This document shows, one piece after another, positions 1 through 7,607 of a stretch of DNA of 28,073 nucleotides. The position numbers and the translations under genes were made by a program. Each line of letters starts with the position of its first letter. Position 1 is the first letter of the stretch. Below the pieces are notes generated by a model. It did no database searches. It was given only the letters and a program-made list of their open reading frames with translations, and had not been told where the DNA came from. The DNA lies in NCBI GenBank assembly GCA_041483195.1, contig JBGPFC010000045.1, forward strand, positions 1 through 28,073. The letters are read 5' to 3'. This DNA is from Candidatus Eiseniibacteriota bacterium (GTDB taxonomy: Bacteria; Eisenbacteria; RBG-16-71-46).

Positions 1-399
1 GGGGCGATCCTCGATCGGCGCGGCCCGACACGCGTCCGCCGCGGTTCCGCCGCGCGGGGGGCGATGCGCGATCGGCGCGGCCCGACACGCGTCCGCCGCG
101 GTTCCGCCGCGCGGGGGGCGATGCGCGATCGGCGCGGCCCGACACGCGTCCGCCGCGGTTCCGCCGCGCGGGGGGCGATGCGCGATCGGCGCGCCCCGAC
201 TCGCGCCCGCCGCGCTTTCGCCGCGCGGGAGGCGATGCGCGATCCGCGCGCCCCGACACGCGTCCGCCGCGGTTTCGCCGCGCGGGAGGTGACGCTCGAT
301 CGGCGCGGCCCGACACGCGCCCGCCGCGCTTCCGCCGCGCGGGGGGCGAAAGTCGGCGCTCTCGTCCCGATTCACGCCCGCTGAAATTTCGCCGCGGCT
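1..399 (+). repeat. Coding tandem repeat, 57-bp unit, 6 near-identical copies + 1 degenerate copy (may continue off-window); encodes GGDARSARPDTRPPRFRRA in frame +3
   Basis: 57-nt periodicity is directly visible; differences between copies are almost all synonymous in frame +3, the rsmG frame. Confidence 0.93.
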
Positions 400-1178
400 C
401 GGGGCGAGCCCCCAGGACTCAAGAGCGCACTCCCGGCGCGCCCTCACACGAGCCGCGCGGCGGCCCGGCCGCGATCGACGAATCTTCGCAATTGACTGCC
501 GCCGAACGATGGCCAGATGTTTCTGGATTGATCGCGCGGCAGCCCTGGGATGATCTCATTCCGCACATCCTCAAGGCCGGAGCGAGCGCAGAGGAATCGA
601 TCGCACGCCTCCGTCGGTTCGCGGAGTTGCTCGTCCAGTGGAATCGAAGGGTTTCCAATCTGATATCCAGGAACGATGAGAACCGGATCGTCGCGCGGCA
701 TCTCCTGGAATCGGTCGAGCCGGCCCACTGGCTGAAGGCGAGCGGCGCCGATCGATGGATCGATCTTGGCTCCGGCGGTGGATTTCCGGCAATTCCACTG
801 GCCATGCTCGGGATCGGATCGTCGTGGACGCTGGTGGAGTCCAGACACACGAAGACGCTCTTCCTGAGAAAGGCCATTCAGGAGATGGAGCTGGCGGGAT
901 CGAACGTGATCCTGGAGCGGGTCGAGGCGCTCGTCGAGCTTCCCGAACACGCGGGCGCCTACGATGGATTCACCTCTCGCGCGACGCTCACGCTCGCGCC
1001 GACGCTCGCATACGCCTCTCGCCTGGTTCGCACCGGCGGCACCGCGTTCCTCTGGAAGGGCAGCAAGCGCGAGGAGGAGATGTCGGCCGCTTCGGCGTGG
1101 CGAGAGCTGTGGGACTTCGATGGCCTGCTGGGAATCGGCTCCGGAAAGACGGTTGTCGCCAGATTCAAGAGGAAGTAA
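3..1178 (+). CDS. rsmG: 16S rRNA m7G527 methyltransferase RsmG/GidB with long N-terminal repeat extension (5' partial, start lies off-window)
   Basis: Motifs LLVQWNRRVSNLIS, RHLLES, DLGSGGGFPAIPLA, LVES, FTSRA, LWKG; frame +3 has no stop from nt 3 to 1178; lies upstream of parAB. Confidence 0.92.
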   Translation, partial: GDPRSARPDTRPPRFRRAGGDARSARPDTRPPRFRRAGGDARSARPDTRPPRFRRAGGDARSARPDSRPPRFRRAGGDARSARPDTRPPRFRRAGGDARSARPDTRPPRFRRAGGESRRSRPDSRPLKFRRGSGRAPRTQERTPGAPSHEPRGGPAAIDESSQLTAAERWPDVSGLIARQPWDDLIPHILKAGASAEESIARLRRFAELLVQWNRRVSNLISRNDENRIVARHLLESVEPAHWLKASGADRWIDLGSGGGFPAIPLAMLGIGSSWTLVESRHTKTLFLRKAIQEMELAGSNVILERVEALVELPEHAGAYDGFTSRATLTLAPTLAYASRLVRTGGTAFLWKGSKREEEMSAASAWRELWDFDGLLGIGSGKTVVARFKRK

Positions 1179-1204
1179 AGGCGATCCGCTGATTCGTCGA
1201 GCGT

Positions 1205-1220
1205 AGTTCCACGTGAAACT
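1205..1220. promoter_or_regulatory. parS centromere-like site
   Basis: AGTTCCACGTGAAACT matches the chromosomal parS core GTTnCACGTGAAAC; lies just upstream of parA. Confidence 0.85.
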
Positions 1221-1226
1221 ATCTGC

Positions 1227-1255
1227 TTGTTCGCCACGCGCCTCGGGTCTATCTT
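1227..1255 (+). promoter_or_regulatory. Putative sigma70 promoter of parAB
   Basis: TTGTTC (1227-1232), 17-nt spacer, TATCTT (1250-1255). Confidence 0.45.
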
Positions 1256-1330
1256 GCTGCAGTCGAACGAGACTCTCGATCAACTCCGCAGTTCAGGTGG
1301 GCAGGAAGTCCGCCCCCACAAGCTCAGGGA

Positions 1331-2092
1331 ATGGGACGAGTCATCGCGGTTGCCAGCCAAAAAGGCGGCGTAGGGAAAACCACGACAGCGATCAATCTCG
1401 GCGCCTGTATCGCGCAGGAGAATCGGCGCGTGCTGCTCGTGGATATCGATCCTCAGGGAAGCGCTTCGAGCGGGCTCGGGATCAACGGCAACGACCAGCG
1501 CCTCGGCACATATGAGGCGCTCATAGGACAGGCCGAGCTGGCCGACGCCGTGCTCCCCACCGCCCTGGCCAATCTCGACCTTCTCCCATCCGGCCAGAGA
1601 CTCTCGGGAGCGGAGGTCGAGCTGGTCGGGATGATGGCCCGCGAGGCGCGCCTCAAGACCTGCCTCGCCCCGGTTCGCGGCGACTACGATTTCGTCCTGG
1701 TGGATTGCCCACCGTCTCTCGGGATGCTCACGATCAATGCGCTGAGTGCCGCGGACTCGGTGTTGATTCCACTCCAGTGCGAATACCTCGCGCTCGAAGG
1801 GCTCACACAACTGATCGGCGCGATCCGGCTGGTGCAGGACCACCTCAATCCAAGCCTGCGGATCGAAGGTGTGCTGCTCACCATGTTCGACGCGCGCCTC
1901 AACTTGTCGCAGCAGGTGGCGGACGAGGCTCGCAAGTTCTTCGCCGAGCGTGTGTACAAGACAGTGATTCCCAGGAACGTTCGACTCAGCGAGGCGCCTT
2001 CATTCGGGAAGCCCATCGTTCTGTACGACCCACACAGCACCGGTGCCGAGAGTTACCGGGGGCTGGCACGGGAGGTTCTGGAACATGCATAG
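1331..2092 (+). CDS. parA: Chromosome partitioning ATPase ParA/Soj
   Basis: Deviant Walker [51 protein letters not shown]. Confidence 0.97.
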   Translation: MGRVIAVASQKGGVGKTTTAINLGACIAQENRRVLLVDIDPQGSASSGLGINGNDQRLGTYEALIGQAELADAVLPTALANLDLLPSGQRLSGAEVELVGMMAREARLKTCLAPVRGDYDFVLVDCPPSLGMLTINALSAADSVLIPLQCEYLALEGLTQLIGAIRLVQDHLNPSLRIEGVLLTMFDARLNLSQQVADEARKFFAERVYKTVIPRNVRLSEAPSFGKPIVLYDPHSTGAESYRGLAREVLEHA

Positions 2093-2936
2093 GAAAGTGC
2101 TCGGCAGGGGTCTGGAGGCTCTGATTCCATCCGCGCTCGGTACCATGGACGGGCCGCAGCCGGGAGTGCGGGAGCTGCCCGTTGAGGACATCGGTGCCAA
2201 TCCGTTCCAACCGCGATCGCGGTTCGATGACGAGGCCATTCAAGAGCTCGCCCTGTCGATCAAGGCAACCGGGGTGCTTCAGCCAATTCTGGTGCGCCGA
2301 CTCGGCGATGACGGATACCAGCTCGTGGCCGGCGAGCGTCGGCTGAGGGCTGCGCGCATGGCCGGCCTGGTACGCATTCCGGCCCTGGTGCGCGACGTCA
2401 GCGAGCACGAGATGATGGAGCTCGCCCTCATCGAGAACATTCAGCGCGAGGATCTGAACCCGATCGACGAGGCCAAGGCCTACCACGCGCTCACCGAGAA
2501 GGTGGGGCTCACCCACGATCAGATTTCGGAGCGGGTCGGAAAGCAGCGCAGCTCGATCACGAACGCCATGCGACTGCTCGCCTTGCCGCCCGAGGTGCGG
2601 GAAATGGTTTCACGTGGAACGTTGACCGCCGGGCACGCGCGGGCCCTGCTCGGGCTGGAGGCTCCCGGTGATCAACTCGCCGCCGCACGCTATGTCCACG
2701 CCAAGGGATTTTCCGTGCGCCGCACCGAGGCTTTCGTGCGGAGACGGTTGCGCCGTCAGCACTCGCGCCCGCGTGCGGCAAGGATGGATGGGCTGGGCGA
2801 GTGGGAAACCAAGCTTCAGCAGAAGTTCAGCACGCGGGTAGCCATCGCGCCTGGACGGAAGGGTGGCCGAGTCGAGTTCGAGTTCTACAATCAGGAAGAC
2901 CTCGAGCGGCTGCTCGAGGCGTGGGGCGTGCTCTAG
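2085..2936 (+). CDS. parB: Chromosome partitioning CTPase ParB/Spo0J
   Basis: LGRGLEAL ParA-interacting peptide, [42 protein letters not shown] 2085 with GGAGG at 2071-2075, 8-nt overlap with parA. Confidence 0.97.
   Translation: MHRKVLGRGLEALIPSALGTMDGPQPGVRELPVEDIGANPFQPRSRFDDEAIQELALSIKATGVLQPILVRRLGDDGYQLVAGERRLRAARMAGLVRIPALVRDVSEHEMMELALIENIQREDLNPIDEAKAYHALTEKVGLTHDQISERVGKQRSSITNAMRLLALPPEVREMVSRGTLTAGHARALLGLEAPGDQLAAARYVHAKGFSVRRTEAFVRRRLRRQHSRPRAARMDGLGEWETKLQQKFSTRVAIAPGRKGGRVEFEFYNQEDLERLLEAWGVL
2606..2621. promoter_or_regulatory. parS site inside parB coding sequence (encodes VSRGT)
   Basis: GGTTTCACGTGGAACG; its 14-bp core is the reverse complement of the core at 1206-1219. 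Confidence 0.8.
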
Positions 2937-2998
2937 CCGAGATTCCCTGGGGCCGGCCTCGATGCCGGCCCGTGTCTCATGAACGAGGGAGGGATCCC

Positions 2999-3418
2999 AT
3001 GATGAAATTCAGGTCTCGCGCCCCGGAAAACAACGGCGTCGAGGCACCCAACACCACCGTCGGCGTTGGATCCAGCTTTCGCGGAACGCTGATGGTTTCG
3101 GGAACGCTGCGTATCGATGGAGAGTTCGAGGGCGACATCCTCAACTGCAATCGGCTCGAGATTGGGGAGCACGGCTTGATGCGCGCGGACATCGAGGTCA
3201 AGGAGGCGCTGATCCTGGGCCGCGTGAATGGAAACGTGCGCGCGCTGGGGACGGTGGAGATGAAGTCGGGAGCGCGCATGGAGGGCGACGTCGCCGCGAT
3301 GAGCGTGGTGATGGAACCCGGCGTGTTCTTCACCGGGCGCTGCACGATGCTCGAGTCGGGCATCGAGAGCGTCGAGCTGGGCACCGACCGCAGCCGCCAG
3401 CGAGAGTACCGAAGCTAG
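2999..3418 (+). CDS. Bactofilin (polymer-forming cytoskeletal protein, CcmA family)
   Basis: TTVGVGSSFRGTL...LRIDGEFEGDI...LEIGEHG...ILGRVNGNV...MEPGVFFTGRCTM beta-helix pattern; purine-rich RBS before ATG 2999/3002. Confidence 0.92.
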   Translation: MMKFRSRAPENNGVEAPNTTVGVGSSFRGTLMVSGTLRIDGEFEGDILNCNRLEIGEHGLMRADIEVKEALILGRVNGNVRALGTVEMKSGARMEGDVAAMSVVMEPGVFFTGRCTMLESGIESVELGTDRSRQREYRS

Positions 3419-3646
3419 CGCATCTGCCGTGTGATAGTCCTCATAGCATCAATCGCCACATACAAATATTTGTTATCGGTTGTCCGCGTTCGTGCGCGCC
3501 GAGTCGCGCAATGACGCGCGCCACGGGCGCCCGCGATCCCAGACGCTCGACGGCTCAAACCTCAGGTCCGGCAGCCGCTCGAGGGTCGGATCGAACGCCG
3601 CGTACACGATGCGTCTCTGCCCCTCGGCCGCGCCACGGAGTCCGCC

Positions 3647-5011
3647 GTGATCGAGACGACGATGAATAGACGCGGCCACACCCCGCGCCGCGGGGGCCGT
3701 CGATTCGCGGTGGTGGCGACCCTGATGATCGGGCTGCTCGCGCTCGCGCCGCGCGGTGGGCGCGCGGCGCGCACCGCGGCCGAGCCGAACTGGCCCGACG
3801 GCACCCGGCTGATGGCCTTCGAAAATCTGGAGGGCGTGCTGCTGATCGAGGCGACGCTGCGCGGGCTGGCCGGGCGCGACACCACGGGCCCCGTCGTGCT
3901 CGACACCGGCGCCGGATTCCTCGCCGTCGACGGTGCGCTCGCGGTCACGCTCGGTCTCTCCGACAGCGTGAGCGCGGATGAGGTGGGCATCGCGGCGCGT
4001 GTGCTCCCGCGGCTCACGCTCGGCGCGGCGCAGATGGACCAGGTCGCTCCGGTGCTCACCGTGAACGGTGACATCGTGCGGCGCGTGACCGACCGGCCGG
4101 TGCTGGGTCTGGTGGGCCAGCGACTCTTCGCCGGCGATGCGCTCCAGATCGACTACGCGGCGGGGCGTCTCGCGGTGGTGCCGGTCGCGCCGGCCGGTGC
4201 CGGCGCGGGGCGCGACGAGGGCGCGGATGCGATCGCGGCCTCGCACGCCTCGCTCGAGGAGGTTCTCGAAGCGGACGCCGCCCCCGTGCCATTCCGGCTC
4301 GCGGGCGACGGCAAGATCATCGTCGAGGCACGGGTTTCCGATCCGCGGCCCCCGCGCTACAGCCGCTGGCTCACCCTGATCGTGGACACCGGTGCGACCA
4401 AGTGCGTGCTGTTCGACTGGGCGCTCGCGGAGAATGCGGGACGCGCCCGGGAATGGCGCCAGCTGCGCGGGCTCTCGGCGCCGACGCTGTTCGGCGCGGC
4501 GAGCGCCTCCATCGCGCGCGTTCCCGAGATCGAGCTGCGTGCCGGCCGCGAACGCGTGCGAATGAGCGGACTCGACGTCGCCGTGATCCATAGCGACCTG
4601 GGCGGCGTGCTGTCGCGCGCGACCGGCGAGCCGGTGCACGGGTTGCTGGGCTACTCCTTCCTCCGCCATTACCGTGTGACCATCGACTATCCGCACCGAG
4701 TCATGTGGCTCGAGCGCGCCCTTCGGCCGGCGGACGAGCGTCCCAACGAGTACTCCCACGTCGGCATTCAGATCGAGCGCGATGACCGCGCCGCGCGCGT
4801 GGTGGGCGTCGCGGAGGGGTCGCCGGCCGCGCGCGCCGAGGTCGAGGCCGGGGATGAACTGATCGCGATCGACGGCGCTCCGGCTGCATCGCTCGACATC
4901 GTGACGCTCTCGCGCCGGCTCGAAGGGCCTCCGGGGAGCGACGTGACCCTGATCCTGAGGCGAGGTACGACTGAGCGCACCATCCGGCTCGTCCGACGCC
5001 GCCTCCTCTAG
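3647..5011 (+). CDS. Exported aspartyl protease with two retropepsin-like domains and a C-terminal PDZ domain
   Basis: N-terminal hydrophobic signal; VLDTGA and IVDTGA catalytic motifs, each followed by G-L-(V/L)-G...IDY; PDZ-like VGIQI...GSPAARAEVEAGDELIAIDG. Confidence 0.85.
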   Translation: MIETTMNRRGHTPRRGGRRFAVVATLMIGLLALAPRGGRAARTAAEPNWPDGTRLMAFENLEGVLLIEATLRGLAGRDTTGPVVLDTGAGFLAVDGALAVTLGLSDSVSADEVGIAARVLPRLTLGAAQMDQVAPVLTVNGDIVRRVTDRPVLGLVGQRLFAGDALQIDYAAGRLAVVPVAPAGAGAGRDEGADAIAASHASLEEVLEADAAPVPFRLAGDGKIIVEARVSDPRPPRYSRWLTLIVDTGATKCVLFDWALAENAGRAREWRQLRGLSAPTLFGAASASIARVPEIELRAGRERVRMSGLDVAVIHSDLGGVLSRATGEPVHGLLGYSFLRHYRVTIDYPHRVMWLERALRPADERPNEYSHVGIQIERDDRAARVVGVAEGSPAARAEVEAGDELIAIDGAPAASLDIVTLSRRLEGPPGSDVTLILRRGTTERTIRLVRRRLL

Positions 5012-5018
5012 GCGCGAT

Positions 5019-5933
5019 GTGGCGCGCGGCCGGTGGCTGGTGCTCGGCGCCACCGTCCTGTGGGGCACGACCGCCACCCTCGCGCGCTTCGTGTTCCGCG
5101 ACCGCCACGTCCCGGCCCTGGAGGTGGTGGAGCTGCGGCTCGCGATCTCGGTCGCGCTGCTCGGGCCATGGCTCCTCGTTCGCGACCGATCGCTGCTGCG
5201 CGTGCGGCGCGAGGATTGGGTCTATTTCCTCGTGCTCGGGTTGTTCGGAGTCGCCGCGGTTCAGGGCTGCTACTACTACTCCATCTCGAAGCTCGGCGTT
5301 GGCCTCTCGATTCTCATCCAGTACCTCGCCCCATCGCTCATCGTCATGTGGGAGGCGTTCCGCGGGGCACGCGTTTCACGCGTGACCGTGATCGGGGTGG
5401 TGAGCGCGCTGGCGGGAACCGCGCTGCTGGTGGGCAACCTCGATCCGGGATCGCTCCACGCGCGGCCGCTGCACGCGAGTCCGATCGATTGGGCGATCGG
5501 CTTCGGCTCCGCGCTCTCGTTCGCGTTCTACGTGGTGTTCTCGAAGCGCGGCCTCAGGCGCTACGCGCCCGAGACCGTCCTGTTCTACACCTTCGTGATC
5601 GCCGCGGGATTCTGGTGGGTGGCGGCGCCACCGTGGCGGATCGCGGCCGCCGGCTACGGGCCGGACCTGTGGCTGATGTTCCTGGTCCTCGGCGTGTTCT
5701 CGACGCTCGCACCCTTCGCGCTCTTCTATGCCGGCCTGCGTCGCATGCCCGCGAGCCAGGCGGGCATCTTCGCGACCCTGGAGCCGGTCGTGGCTGTGCT
5801 CTCGGCGGCGCTGTTCCTCGGAGAGGGGTTGCGCACGCTCCAGTGGATGGGGGCGCTGCTCGTGCTGATCGCATCGGCGATCGCCTCGCGACAGGCGCCC
5901 GAGGTGGTCGCGGCGCAGGTCGAGCGCGGCTGA
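5019..5933 (+). CDS. EamA/DMT family transporter
   Basis: About 10 hydrophobic segments, LWGT, QYLAP, ATLEPVVAVL...LFLGEGL...WMGALLVL. Confidence 0.9.
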   Translation: MARGRWLVLGATVLWGTTATLARFVFRDRHVPALEVVELRLAISVALLGPWLLVRDRSLLRVRREDWVYFLVLGLFGVAAVQGCYYYSISKLGVGLSILIQYLAPSLIVMWEAFRGARVSRVTVIGVVSALAGTALLVGNLDPGSLHARPLHASPIDWAIGFGSALSFAFYVVFSKRGLRRYAPETVLFYTFVIAAGFWWVAAPPWRIAAAGYGPDLWLMFLVLGVFSTLAPFALFYAGLRRMPASQAGIFATLEPVVAVLSAALFLGEGLRTLQWMGALLVLIASAIASRQAPEVVAAQVERG

Positions 5934-5944
5934 TCGGCGAGTCT

Positions 5945-6403
5945 TCAGCTCGCCGCGGCCAGATCCTCGGGCTGTCCGTGCAGGGCGTGCAGCCGATCGC
6001 GCACTCGTTCGACGCGCGCCGCGCTCACCGTTTCGACCGCGTAGCGCTCGTCCCACGCGAGATTGCCCCGCAGCCACACGCGCAGTTCGGGGAATCGCGC
6101 GAGGAGCATCACACCGGTCCTGCCCTTCAACTCGCGCACCGCGCTCGCCACGCTTTGAGATGGCTTGAGTGCCAGCAACACGTGGGCATGATCGGCTCCC
6201 GCCGCGACATCGATGAGAGCGTAATCACGTTCTTCGCAGGCTTGCGTGATGAGGGTCTGGAACGCGCGCACATGGCGATCCTTGAGCACCGGGCGGCGTC
6301 CGCGCGTGGTCCAGGTGACGAGGTAGTGAAGCTGACTGCGATAGATCGGCTCCCAACGACCCGCCAACGCCTCACTCACCTCGGGAGCCAGTTCGTGGTT
6401 CAC
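5945..6403 (-). CDS. IS200/IS605 TnpA-like Y1 HUH protein, predicted catalytically inactive (start re-called to GTG 6403)
   Basis: HYLVTWTTRGRRPVL, DHAHVLL (HUH), SVASAVRELKGRT, FPEL, W..RYAVETVS all match the Y1 transposase pattern; the YIxxQ helix is replaced by RDRLHAL; AGGAGG lies 7 nt before GTG. Confidence 0.85.
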   Translation of the reverse strand: MNHELAPEVSEALAGRWEPIYRSQLHYLVTWTTRGRRPVLKDRHVRAFQTLITQACEERDYALIDVAAGADHAHVLLALKPSQSVASAVRELKGRTGVMLLARFPELRVWLRGNLAWDERYAVETVSAARVERVRDRLHALHGQPEDLAAAS

Positions 6404-6427
6404 GGTCCTTCCTCCTGCGGGGATGAT

Positions 6428-6451
6428 TGAACGCATGTGCAGCTGTGTGCT
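6428..6451. promoter_or_regulatory. Two overlapping degenerate LexA-type boxes upstream of the tnpA-like gene
   Basis: TGAAC-GCAT-GTGCA (6428-6441, 1 mismatch) and TGCAG-CTGT-GTGCT (6438-6451, 2 mismatches) versus TGCAC-N4-GTGCA; same 10-bp offset as the pair at the lexA promoter. Confidence 0.6.
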
Positions 6452-6454
6452 CTG

Positions 6455-6477
6455 AAAAACGGGAGCGCAAGCTCCCG
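6455..6477 (-). terminator. Intrinsic terminator downstream of lexA
   Basis: Minus strand CGGGAGC-TTGC-GCTCCCG followed by TTTTT. Confidence 0.7.
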
Positions 6478-6514
6478 GGGGGGACCCGAATACGGCCGTT
6501 CGGATGCGCGGAAC

Positions 6515-7114
6515 CTATCGGAGGGTGCGAATCACTCCTTTCACGATGCCGAGGATGCGAAACTCTGCCGCCTCGTCGATCACGATCGGGGCGTACTTGG
6601 GGTTCGCCGCCACCAACTCAACGTGGCCGCGCCTCGGCTGGTAGTACTTGACCGTGGCTTCCTCCCCGACCAGGCCCACGACGATTTCGCCGGCGGTCGC
6701 GCGCTCCTGCTGGCGCACGATGACGTAGTCGCCCTGGAGAATTCCCGCGCCCTCCATGCTGTCGCCCCGCACCCGCAGCGCGAACATGCCGTGGGTGTCC
6801 CCGAAGACGTCGTTGGGATCGAGGTGGCCTTCGAAAGATTCTTCGGCGAGCACCGGCTGGCCGGCGGCCACGCGACCCAGAATGGGAATGCCCGAGCCCT
6901 GCGCGGTCCGCGCGATGCCCTCGATGCCGCGGGAGATCTTGCCGCTGCGCTTCAGGTGACCGGCCTTCTCCAGCAGGTTGAGGTAATAGCGGACGCCGTT
7001 GGTGGAGGCGATGCCGTAGGCCTTGCCGATCTCACGAATGGTCGGCGGGTAGCCCCGGTCGTTCTTGAAGCGCTGGATGAAGAGCAGAATTTCGCGCGCG
7101 CGATCGTTCAGCAT
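6515..7114 (-). CDS. lexA: SOS repressor LexA
   Basis: GYPPTIREI HTH, IPILGRVAAG (Ala-Gly cleavage site), LRVRGDSM (Ser), EATVK (Lys). Confidence 0.97.
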   Translation of the reverse strand: MLNDRAREILLFIQRFKNDRGYPPTIREIGKAYGIASTNGVRYYLNLLEKAGHLKRSGKISRGIEGIARTAQGSGIPILGRVAAGQPVLAEESFEGHLDPNDVFGDTHGMFALRVRGDSMEGAGILQGDYVIVRQQERATAGEIVVGLVGEEATVKYYQPRRGHVELVAANPKYAPIVIDEAAEFRILGIVKGVIRTLR

Positions 7115-7162
7115 GGATCACGTCCCCCTCGATGAATGGCCGATCCAGGGACCCGGCACGCG

Positions 7163-7195
7163 TGCACCATAGTGCACACACGTGCAGCGGGTCAA
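7163..7195 (-). promoter_or_regulatory. lexA promoter overlapped by two perfect TGCAC-N4-GTGCA palindromes (SOS boxes)
   Basis: Boxes at 7163-7176 and 7173-7186; minus-strand TTGACC (7195-7190), 18 nt, TATGGT (7171-7166). Confidence 0.8.
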
Positions 7196-7544
7196 GGGCG
7201 ATTTTTTCGCGCGGCCCGCGGGCTCGAAACGAGCGCCTCCGGCGGCGGTCGCTTCGACGCGCCGAGGACACCATTGGGTACCGCGTGGACACTTCCCGAC
7301 GCGCGGCCGGGAGCGCTCGGGTGCGCACCGCCCGCGCGACGCAACGATCCACCATGCGGTTGCCCGTGTGACGCGAGATCACGGCGCGACTGGTCCGCCG
7401 ATTGCGATGAGGCACGGGCGAGATCGAAAGATCTCGACCACGACAGGCAAGGAGCGGCAGGTCGGGCCCGCGGAGGTTGATCGCAATCGGGGGCCGGTTG
7501 GCCGAAGTGGACTCGCCTCCGCTGCCTTGTCGGTCGGGTAGGGC

Positions 7545-7583
7545 CGCGCGGTCCGGCGCGTGTGAGGCGCACCGGACCGCGCG
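7545..7583. terminator. Strong hairpin just downstream of the TonB receptor stop (terminator-like, no clear U tract)
   Basis: 12-bp perfect stem CGCGCGGTCCGG / CCGGACCGCGCG. Confidence 0.5.
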
Positions 7584-7607
7584 TGCTTCAGAATATTCTC
7601 GACGAAT

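Noticed and set aside
64..384. 106-aa repeat ORF in frame +1, or the repeat as a CRISPR array
   Set aside because: Units are contiguous with no unique spacers, and the variation is synonymous in frame +3, so it is part of rsmG
5370..5388. GTTTCACGCGTGACC resembling parS
   Set aside because: The central CACGTG is interrupted and the right half-site does not match
5945..6477. Active IS200/IS605 element or REP-associated transposase locus
   Set aside because: No catalytic Tyr, no tnpB, no flanking REP copies; the nearby hairpin has a T tract and fits a lexA terminator
7411..7445. c-di-GMP-I riboswitch or hammerhead resemblance around the GAAA hairpin
   Set aside because: Conserved GGCAAA/GACGCAAA and CUGAUGA core elements are missing
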